This document shows positions 1-7,612 of a stretch of 26,020 bases of DNA, piece by piece. Position 1 is the stretch's first letter, and each line of letters starts with the position of its first letter. The stretch is from a virus (Duplodnaviria; Caudoviricetes): the IMG/VR virus record IMGVR_UViG_3300030095_000953, positions 1-26,020 of that record. One strand, written 5' to 3'. The position numbers and the translations under genes were made by a program. The notes under the pieces were generated by a model, which was not told the origin of the DNA, did not search any database, and saw nothing but the letters and a program-made list of their open reading frames with translations.

Positions 1-1
1 T

Positions 2-964
2 GACCAAGAAGATGCGGGTAATTGGACACCTTCTGCTACTAATCAAGCAGGTAGTTTACGTCTTTCTCAAGGAGCCGAAATTATTACGGCAATCCAAGGA
101 AGGCAAGAAGTGCTTGTTTGGACAGACACGGCTATGTATTCGCTTCAATATGTGGGTGCGCCTATTGTATGGGGGGCGCAGATGCTGGGTGATAACATAT
201 CAGTAGCCTCTCCTAACGCCTGTATTTACGTCAATAATGTTGCTTATTGGATGGGTATAGGGGGCTTTTATAAGTACGATGGCCGAGTCCAACCCCTAAG
301 ATGTGATGTAAAGAAGTATGTATTTAATGACTTTAATGAAGAACAATACACACAGGTCTTCTCAGGAACTAACGAAGGTTATGGGGAAGTATGGTGGTTC
401 TATTGTTCTAGCGACACAACTGCTATTGATCGTTACGTAATTTATAACTATGAGCAGGATATTTGGTATTACGGCACAATGGCGCGTAGTGCGTGGTTAG
501 ACTCAGGGCTGCGGGATTACCCTATTGCTGCAACGTACACTAAGAACTTAGTAGACCAAGAAAGAGGGCTAGATGATAAAGAAACAGCAACCACATCGGC
601 TGTAGCTGCCCACATTCAGTCTGCTCAGTTTGACTTACAAGACGGCCATCAGTTCTCTTTTATACACCGCATACTGCCTGACGTAACGTTTGACGGGTCA
701 ACCGCAGATAGTCCTGTTGTTGATTTCTCGCTGTTACCTTTACAGAACTCAGGTTCAGGGTACACATCTCCTGCTTCAGAAGGTGGTTCTAGTTCAGGTT
801 CAGTAACACGCACGGCTACTTCTCCTATTGAAGCGTTTACTTCGCAGTTGAATGTGCGGGTACGAGGTAGGCAGATGGCAGTAAAAATAGAATCCAGCGC
901 AGAAGGTGTTGCATGGCAGTGGGGTGCGCCACGGCTTGATATGCGTCCAGATGGGAGAAGATAA
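2..964 (+). CDS. Phage tail/head-stabilisation protein (P22 gp10-like / nozzle), 5'-truncated
   Basis: The frame is open from base 2 (DQEDAGNWTPSATNQAGSLRL...), so the gene starts outside the window. Beta-rich sequence with EVWWFY, DRYVIYNY, WYYG..ARSAW and C-terminal RVRGRQ...PDGRR, as in podovirus stabilisation proteins; first gene of the virion block. Confidence 0.7.
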   Translation, partial: DQEDAGNWTPSATNQAGSLRLSQGAEIITAIQGRQEVLVWTDTAMYSLQYVGAPIVWGAQMLGDNISVASPNACIYVNNVAYWMGIGGFYKYDGRVQPLRCDVKKYVFNDFNEEQYTQVFSGTNEGYGEVWWFYCSSDTTAIDRYVIYNYEQDIWYYGTMARSAWLDSGLRDYPIAATYTKNLVDQERGLDDKETATTSAVAAHIQSAQFDLQDGHQFSFIHRILPDVTFDGSTADSPVVDFSLLPLQNSGSGYTSPASEGGSSSGSVTRTATSPIEAFTSQLNVRVRGRQMAVKIESSAEGVAWQWGAPRLDMRPDGRR

Positions 965-1155
965 TGGCTGATACAACTAGGTATGGTATAGATTTCGTTG
1001 CCCCACAGCTCCCGTTACCCCCTATGCAGTATGATGCGAACGCTTTTAACCAATTTAATGGTATACTTAGTATCTACTTTAACCAGCTTGATAATGGCTT
1101 ACGACAAGCCTCTACGTCCCCTCAAGCCGAAGCAGCAGGGTGGTTTTTTAGCTAA
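964..1155 (+). CDS. Small virion-module protein (63 aa), function unknown
   Basis: TAATG overlaps at both ends; GGAG upstream; LPLPP.QYD followed by an amphipathic helix (ILSIYFNQLD). Confidence 0.7.
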   Translation: MADTTRYGIDFVAPQLPLPPMQYDANAFNQFNGILSIYFNQLDNGLRQASTSPQAEAAGWFFS

Positions 1156-1478
1156 TGGCGCATAACTACAAAAATGCAAAGGTAGATCTCACCGCTACTA
1201 CAGTAACTACGTTGTACACTTGCCCTACAGCTACTACAGCTATTATTAAGTCAATATTGGTATCAGAGGATTCTGGCAACGCCGACACGATTACAGTAAC
1301 ACTTACTGATTCTTCTGCTGCTGTGTTTAGTTTGTTTAAGACCAAAGCCATAAGTGCTAATGCTACTGTTGAATTATTAACAACACCGCTAGTAGTAGAA
1401 GAGTCTGAAATAGTAAAAGTCACCGCTGCTACCGCCAACCGTCTGCACGTAACCGCTAGTTTTTTAGAGGTTAGTTAA
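1155..1478 (+). CDS. Small beta-rich virion protein (107 aa), possible tail accessory/adaptor
   Basis: TAATG-coupled on both sides; Thr/Val/Ala-rich beta-sandwich-like pattern (TLYTCP..TAIIKSI.V...LVVEESE.VKV) seen in phage tail modules. Confidence 0.7.
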   Translation: MAHNYKNAKVDLTATTVTTLYTCPTATTAIIKSILVSEDSGNADTITVTLTDSSAAVFSLFKTKAISANATVELLTTPLVVEESEIVKVTAATANRLHVTASFLEVS

Positions 1479-4400
1479 TGTCTGAAGCAGATTATTACGA
1501 AGGTGGTGAGGACGATCCAAAAGGGCCAGATCCATCGCAACCGTATTTTGGCACTCAAAGAAAACCTAGTCGGTATATCGGAGTCTATTCCAAGTTAATG
1601 GCTTCTTTAGGGATGTTGTCTAAAATACAACAAGCCCGTCAAGCCCTCGGTTCTCCCGGCGCGTTACAACTGCCTCCTAATGTAGATACAAATGGTGATG
1701 GAACACCGGATGTGTACGACCCTAACGTTATAGTAAATTTTCAAGACAAAGACGTAGAGGGCAAAGCAGGAGCAGGGTCTTGGATTTTATCAACAGGCGG
1801 TAACATACTTGAAGAAAAAATTGGTGCCGCTGGGGCTACTGCCGCTGCTAATACATGGGCAACTATACCTATCGGTAATACGGGTATTTCATTCGCTAAC
1901 CCAGCTATAGCAGTAGTCGCATATGTAGCTGCCGGTTTTGTACAATCTATGAGATCTGACCAAAGACCATTTTCTGTACAAAAATTAGATTTTTTAAAAG
2001 GTAAAGGCGGAGATAACGAAGCAACGTACGATAAGCTTATGGAGGCTGGGTTTGATGGGAATGATAGTTTAGTACAAATTCTTCAAGACCAAGTAAAAAC
2101 CGCTCAAGATTATTATGCATTTAGGGACAAGTATTTTGTAGGTGATTTTGAAACAAATACTTTTAGGAAAGATCTTGGCCTTACCGATGATGTTTTTTAT
2201 CCTTTAGAAGAACCCGAATATGAAATGCTTGGGGATCTTAAACTATACTCAGGCGAAAATGAAGAATATAACCTTGCTATAAAAGAAACATCAGGGTACG
2301 TCCAAGGGCTAATAGACGAAGGGTATTCTGAATTACGCATAATGGAAGAATTGGGTATTGAGGTTGATGATAGATCTAAAGCTTATTTTGAAAGAGCTGA
2401 TTTAACAAAACTAGAAGAAGCTAGGGATTCTGGTAATACCGCAGAATACGTAAAACTTTTAGGGGGTATGAGTGAAGAAATAGGGCAAGAAGCTGATATA
2501 GCCGCCTACCGAGAAGCATCAGGCATATTGTCTGACGCGGAAGTACAACAATTATCTAATGAACAAAATAAGTATAGCCGTCCATTTACACAAGATGAAT
2601 GGAATGCAGCTAAATATGCAAACTACAATCCTGATGCTGATCCTGATGGCGAAAAATCTTTTATATACGACAGTTTAAGATCCTTAAAAGATGACATGGC
2701 TGATGCTTTTGAGAACGGCAATTTTACTGACGAACAAATTGTAGAGAACAATAAATGGATTAACGATCTACTTACCGCTGGTGTACAAGCCGGTGGGACT
2801 ATGGCTGAGATGGTTGCTGGGGCTGGACGGTATGCAAAATGGGCTAATACCGCATTTAAAAAAGCTTTAGAAACTGGAGATATTGACCCTAAGTTAATAG
2901 ATAAAGTGTTTAAAGCCGCTCCGGGGATTATGGGTATTGCAGAATTAATACCTGACGAGTTACTAAATAAAGCTGATGAATACTCCAAAACACTAAACGC
3001 TATAGGCAATGCTAAAAGTTCTGATGAGTTAAAAGCGTCTCTAGAAAAATTTGATGGGATATTAGAAGCAGCAGAAAAACGAGCACTTAAAAAAGGCGCA
3101 GATGTTTCTGATACCGCAGTTATTATTGGGGAAGCTTGGACAGAAGCAATAGCACAAGAACCCTATGCGTTCTTTATGAACAAAATACTTGTAGAAAGTT
3201 TTGAAGAGTTTGCTCCTTACATAGCTGGTGCAACAAGTAAAATTGCAAAAACTGGGGCTAAAGGTTTATTTGAAGAGTTTGGTTCCAAACAAATACAAGA
3301 GTGGGCTAAAAATTTAGACCCGAAAGACGCAGGATTATTTGAAGCAAAAGCAGCAGATCTTATAGAAGTTATTGGACTTGAAGCTAATGGGGCTTATGAA
3401 GAATCTAAAACACTAGCAACAAATAAAGAAGCAACACGTATACAAAAATTACAAAAAGCTCGTGGTAATCCAATAACTTTAGAAGAAGCTATTGAACTAA
3501 TAGACACTGACACGTTAGCAAAAATAGAAGAAGAAGCCCAAATGGACGGCTTCTCTACAGGTACAGTTGCTGCGTTCTCTAACATAATACTAAATAAAGA
3601 GTTGGGTGGCACTGCTCTAATAGATTCTATATTTAAAGACGCAGCTAAAGGTATTGATGGCGGTATGAAGTCAGTGCGTCAGTACTTTACAGAAAAAGTA
3701 TCTATGCTTGCTAAAGAAGGTTTTACTGAAAGTCTGGAAGAGGCTATACCTGCATGGTTTAAAAATGAACGATGGTCTACTAGAGGGCTTAAAGAAGAGG
3801 GACAAGCCTTAGTAGACACAGTAAGTAGTTTTTTCGGAGGGTTTTTTACTGGAATAGGTACTTCAGGGACTGTTAGTACAGTAAACGACATAGCAAATAT
3901 ACCTAAAAATAGCACTGAATATCTTAGCAGCATTGTAAAAACTACTAATGCAGAAGTAAAAAGTATTATAGAAGGTGCTCGTCAAGGGGCTATAAACCAA
4001 GCAGAAGCTATGCAAGCTATGGAGATGTTTGGTATTACCACCGATGAGTACGGTGCGTTACAAACACAATTGCTTAACGATCCTTTTGATGCAGACTTTA
4101 CGACTGTAGGAGAAGTTACACAGTCATTTGAAGACGCTAATCCTAGTTACAAGGCAACCAATGAAACCATTGATAGTTACGTAGGGCAAAACTCCCAAGC
4201 CGAATTAGATGCAACAATTAACGAGTTTGTTGACCAAAACTATGTAGATGCAGATGAAGTTCGCGCAATAGCAGAAGCAGAGGGGCTTAGTTTAACTGAT
4301 GAGCAGATAGCTAGATATGTACAGCAAGTAGATGATAATGGCGCAGAAGCAAAACTTGCTGACATGACCAGTGTATTTGATAGGCAGTATACAACAGAAG

Positions 4401-5968
4401 CAGAAGTTAGAGAGCTATTAGCTGAAGCAGGGTATGACCCTGATAACCCTTGGGCTAGTGGAGAATCTATAGACGATATACTTGCAGATTTAGTGGGTAA
4501 ACCTGAAGACAGCAATCTAACTGATAAAGTTAATGAAACAAGTTTATTTGAACTACAGTTACAGTTTAATAATGCATTAGAGGCAGGAGCAGATGCTTCC
4601 GATTTAGATTTATTATTAGATCGAATAGAAACACTAGATACTGATTCCACATTACGGACAGACAGTAATTTAGATGATGACGGTAGTGTACTTCCTGACG
4701 ATGATGTTGACGATGATATAACAAATCCTTTCCCCGATAAAAAACCCCCAGACGACACTGTAGATACGTCAAATCAGATAACGTGGTTAGAAGAGTTGCC
4801 TCCTGTAGGGCAGCAAATTGTACGCGCTATGATAGATATGGGGGCCGACCCAGATAGTATTAGTAAAGAAGATATTCTTGCTACTTATTTTTATGATGGG
4901 AGACCCAACCAACGGTTAATATCACGATTTTTTACTAACTACAGTAAATATAAAGCTAACCCTCCAGATGATGTAGATGATGATGTAGAAGAGGAAGTAG
5001 AAGAGGAAGTAGAAGAGGAAGTAGAAGAGGAAGTAGAAGAGGAAGTAGAAGAGGAAGTAGAAGAGGAAGTAGAAGAGGAAGTAGAAGACCCTAATGCAGT
5101 TACAAAAGACGACCTATCTGATGTAAAACAAACTTTACTGGATAAAATAGCCGAAAATGAAGCTGCGGGTATGACCCGTGATGAAGCTTTACAAGCCGCT
5201 ATAGACGAACTTTCAGGTAACCTAGACTTAACTACTGCTGAACTTACAGATCTAATAAGTGGAGTACAGGAAACTGTAGGCGCAGATATTGAAGCTGTTG
5301 CTAGTCTGGTAGGAAAGCCGGTTAGCGAAGTTACTCAAGCAGACATTGATTTTATTAGCAATGTAATTGCTGAACAGGAAATACTAGCCGATCCTTCCTC
5401 TTATGAATTTACTGAAGACCAACTTCTTTACGATGTAACAGGTGATGGAGTAGTAAATCAGGAAGACCAAGCATTACTTGAAGCTTTAATGTCAGGGGAT
5501 ACAGATACTTTAGCCGCGTTAGACTCAAAGTTTGCCCCTACAGGGCTTTACGAGATGTTGCAGAGACAAAACGAACAAGCGCAACAAGATGCAGCGGCCC
5601 AAGCAGAGGCACAAGCACAAGCACAAGCACAGACAGAAGCACAAATAGAGGACAACCAACGTAGGTCAAACATATCTGACTTGATGCAATTACTGGGCGG
5701 AGCAGACGATATTGCAGGACAACAAGTTAGTGTAAAAGCTCCTGATCCTGCTAATATTGACTACTTATACGACTTTAGTAGCATCTTTGCTACACCAAAA
5801 CAAGAACAGTTGTTTGCCGACCCATATGGAACTAATATAATGCAATCAAGAAATCCCGTACAACCTATGCAACAGGGGCCGCAACGTACGCCGTTATCCC
5901 CATTTGGGAGAAACGCAGGAGGATTAATTGACGAAGATGAGTTCTTACGGATAGTGGGAGGTTCTTAG
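1478..5968 (+). CDS. Large acidic virion-module protein (1496 aa), probably internal/ejected
   Basis: Long ORF, GAGGT upstream, coupled to both neighbours. Asp/Glu-rich, with two Ca-loop-like motifs, three ~48-aa helical repeats, a (VEEE)8 tract and C-terminal NAGGLI. Function inferred from position. Confidence 0.75.
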   Translation: MSEADYYEGGEDDPKGPDPSQPYFGTQRKPSRYIGVYSKLMASLGMLSKIQQARQALGSPGALQLPPNVDTNGDGTPDVYDPNVIVNFQDKDVEGKAGAGSWILSTGGNILEEKIGAAGATAAANTWATIPIGNTGISFANPAIAVVAYVAAGFVQSMRSDQRPFSVQKLDFLKGKGGDNEATYDKLMEAGFDGNDSLVQILQDQVKTAQDYYAFRDKYFVGDFETNTFRKDLGLTDDVFYPLEEPEYEMLGDLKLYSGENEEYNLAIKETSGYVQGLIDEGYSELRIMEELGIEVDDRSKAYFERADLTKLEEARDSGNTAEYVKLLGGMSEEIGQEADIAAYREASGILSDAEVQQLSNEQNKYSRPFTQDEWNAAKYANYNPDADPDGEKSFIYDSLRSLKDDMADAFENGNFTDEQIVENNKWINDLLTAGVQAGGTMAEMVAGAGRYAKWANTAFKKALETGDIDPKLIDKVFKAAPGIMGIAELIPDELLNKADEYSKTLNAIGNAKSSDELKASLEKFDGILEAAEKRALKKGADVSDTAVIIGEAWTEAIAQEPYAFFMNKILVESFEEFAPYIAGATSKIAKTGAKGLFEEFGSKQIQEWAKNLDPKDAGLFEAKAADLIEVIGLEANGAYEESKTLATNKEATRIQKLQKARGNPITLEEAIELIDTDTLAKIEEEAQMDGFSTGTVAAFSNIILNKELGGTALIDSIFKDAAKGIDGGMKSVRQYFTEKVSMLAKEGFTESLEEAIPAWFKNERWSTRGLKEEGQALVDTVSSFFGGFFTGIGTSGTVSTVNDIANIPKNSTEYLSSIVKTTNAEVKSIIEGARQGAINQAEAMQAMEMFGITTDEYGALQTQLLNDPFDADFTTVGEVTQSFEDANPSYKATNETIDSYVGQNSQAELDATINEFVDQNYVDADEVRAIAEAEGLSLTDEQIARYVQQVDDNGAEAKLADMTSVFDRQYTTEAEVRELLAEAGYDPDNPWASGESIDDILADLVGKPEDSNLTDKVNETSLFELQLQFNNALEAGADASDLDLLLDRIETLDTDSTLRTDSNLDDDGSVLPDDDVDDDITNPFPDKKPPDDTVDTSNQITWLEELPPVGQQIVRAMIDMGADPDSISKEDILATYFYDGRPNQRLISRFFTNYSKYKANPPDDVDDDVEEEVEEEVEEEVEEEVEEEVEEEVEEEVEEEVEDPNAVTKDDLSDVKQTLLDKIAENEAAGMTRDEALQAAIDELSGNLDLTTAELTDLISGVQETVGADIEAVASLVGKPVSEVTQADIDFISNVIAEQEILADPSSYEFTEDQLLYDVTGDGVVNQEDQALLEALMSGDTDTLAALDSKFAPTGLYEMLQRQNEQAQQDAAAQAEAQAQAQAQTEAQIEDNQRRSNISDLMQLLGGADDIAGQQVSVKAPDPANIDYLYDFSSIFATPKQEQLFADPYGTNIMQSRNPVQPMQQGPQRTPLSPFGRNAGGLIDEDEFLRIVGGS
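4985..5088 (+). repeat. 12-bp tandem repeat GTAGAAGAGGAA x8 plus 8-nt partial, encoding (VEEE)n
   Basis: Eight perfect copies at 4985-5080, then GTAGAAGA; in frame. Confidence 0.97.
5609..5632 (+). repeat. 6-bp repeat GCACAA x3 + GCACAG encoding (AQ)4
   Basis: Read directly. Confidence 0.85.
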
Positions 5969-6723
5969 TGTCAGAAAAAAAATCATGGTGGGACAATTTG
6001 CTTGGCACTGCTAAAGATGTTGGCGGTAGTTTCCAAGATTTTATGGGCAGTGATTCTGGTTTAGCAGCGTTAGCTAAACTAGGGCTTTCTTACGGAGCTA
6101 ATGCATCTGGTTTGTTTGATGAACAGATACCAAAGACAGGATATCAAGGAGGTATACCTAGCTATACCGCAGTAAGTCAACGTGTCCCTATGGCGTATGA
6201 CCCTAACAGAAGACCCGGTAGTATGGGGCAACAATACTTTACTGATACTATTTTTGCTAAAGGGCCAGAAAAACGGCCTGAAATTACCCCCGAACAAGCT
6301 AGAGCTATGACAACAGCACAAGCAAGCGGGTTAGCAGCTTTAAATGCACGTAATAAAAAACGACCCGCAAGTCCTCCAGCTAGACCAGAGTTTAGAGGAG
6401 CTTCTTCGGTGATAGAAGATATGCCTGTTAATACTGATTTAGCTGCGGGTGGTATTGCTAGGTTAAATCGTGGGCGTTATTTAAGTGGTTCTACTGACGG
6501 TATGGCAGATAAAATACCGGCAAATATTAATGGAACTCAACCCGCTGCGTTAAGTGATGGAGAGTTTGTAATACCCGCAGATGTAGTTAGCCATTTAGGT
6601 AATGGTAATTCTGATGCAGGAGCAAAAGCACTAGACAATATGATGACTAATGTACGTAAGTCACGTACTGGAAACCCAAAACAAGGTAAACAAATAAACC
6701 CTAATAAATTTCTACCCTCGTGA
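5968..6723 (+). CDS. Virion-module protein (251 aa) with AxGG and ALSDGEFV motifs
   Basis: GTG start overlapping upstream TAG, with GGGAGGT Shine-Dalgarno. C-terminal AAGG...G.TDG.AD.IPA...ALSDGEFVIPADVV resembles the GxGxSDSIPAxLSxGEFV motif of tape-measure-related and podovirus internal proteins. Confidence 0.75.
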   Translation: MSEKKSWWDNLLGTAKDVGGSFQDFMGSDSGLAALAKLGLSYGANASGLFDEQIPKTGYQGGIPSYTAVSQRVPMAYDPNRRPGSMGQQYFTDTIFAKGPEKRPEITPEQARAMTTAQASGLAALNARNKKRPASPPARPEFRGASSVIEDMPVNTDLAAGGIARLNRGRYLSGSTDGMADKIPANINGTQPAALSDGEFVIPADVVSHLGNGNSDAGAKALDNMMTNVRKSRTGNPKQGKQINPNKFLPS

Positions 6724-6731
6724 GATAAATT

Positions 6732-7595
6732 ATGAGTAATGGTGATACAGATACTTCAGGCACTTCTAATACAGGAGGTGGTTATGACCCTATGCAAACA
6801 GGGACTGAATCTTCTCTTTCAAGTTGGGCTGGCCCTTATGTCACCGACATGTTGGGTAAAGGTCAGGCACTAGCTGACCAAGGTTATCAAGCATACCAAG
6901 GCCCGTTATCAGCGGGGCCATCTGGGTTACAACAGTCTGCATTTACTGGGATAGCAGGACTATCTGCCCCTACTACAGGTGCTTTTGATGCAACTGCGGC
7001 TCAAAACTACATGAACCCTTACTTACAAGCTGCCTTACAACCACAGTTAGCTGAGATGAGAAGGCAATCACAGATTAGCGGTTTATCTGATACAGCTAGA
7101 TTAACTAAAGCAGGTGCCTATGGAGGCACTCGACAGGCTGTTATGGATGCGGAAAGAGACCGCTCGTTACAGGCTAATATTGGAGCAGCAGCAGGTGCAG
7201 GGTATGCAAAAGCATTTGACCAAGCCGGTGATTTGTTTAACCGAGATAGAGGGTACGGCTTGCAAGCACTAGCTGCACAACAGGCAGCGGGTAGAGAGCA
7301 ACGTGATATAGAACAACAGGGCATTGCTGCGGATCGTGCTCAGTTTGAAGAAGAAAGATTGTACCCGTATAAACAAACTCAATATATGCAATCTCTGTTG
7401 CAAGGTCTGCCATTAGCTGCACAGTCTTACCAATATTCTAAACCTAGTACTTTGTCTAATATTTTAGGTGGTCTTTTAGCCGGAGGGTCAGCCGCAGAAG
7501 GCGGAGGCGGTTTAGGAGCTATATATGACTTGTTGTTTGGTCGTAAAGGTGATGCTGCTGGCGACGATGATAAAGAAGACAAAGACGATACATAA
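6732..7595 (+). CDS. Probable DNA-ejection/pilot protein (287 aa, P22 gp7-like position)
   Basis: Gln/Ala/Gly-rich; YMNPY, AGAYGGTRQ and C-terminal Gly-rich hydrophobic segment LSNILGGLLAGG; first of three increasingly large ejection-type genes. Confidence 0.65.
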   Translation: MSNGDTDTSGTSNTGGGYDPMQTGTESSLSSWAGPYVTDMLGKGQALADQGYQAYQGPLSAGPSGLQQSAFTGIAGLSAPTTGAFDATAAQNYMNPYLQAALQPQLAEMRRQSQISGLSDTARLTKAGAYGGTRQAVMDAERDRSLQANIGAAAGAGYAKAFDQAGDLFNRDRGYGLQALAAQQAAGREQRDIEQQGIAADRAQFEEERLYPYKQTQYMQSLLQGLPLAAQSYQYSKPSTLSNILGGLLAGGSAAEGGGGLGAIYDLLFGRKGDAAGDDDKEDKDDT

Positions 7596-7612
7596 ATTAA
7601 AGGGATTAAATA

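Noticed and set aside
12-206. 64-aa + strand ORF
   Set aside because: Out-of-frame overlap with the stabilisation gene, whose frame is open from base 2.
1141-1157. Possible -1 frameshift at GGTTTTTT fusing the 63-aa and 107-aa genes
   Set aside because: The -1 frame has TAG at 1149-1151, immediately after the T-run, so no fusion product could form.
4985-5088. CRISPR-like appearance of the tandem repeats (also 11416-11530)
   Set aside because: No unique spacers; in-frame coding repeats. The Cas4-like nuclease has no other cas genes near it.
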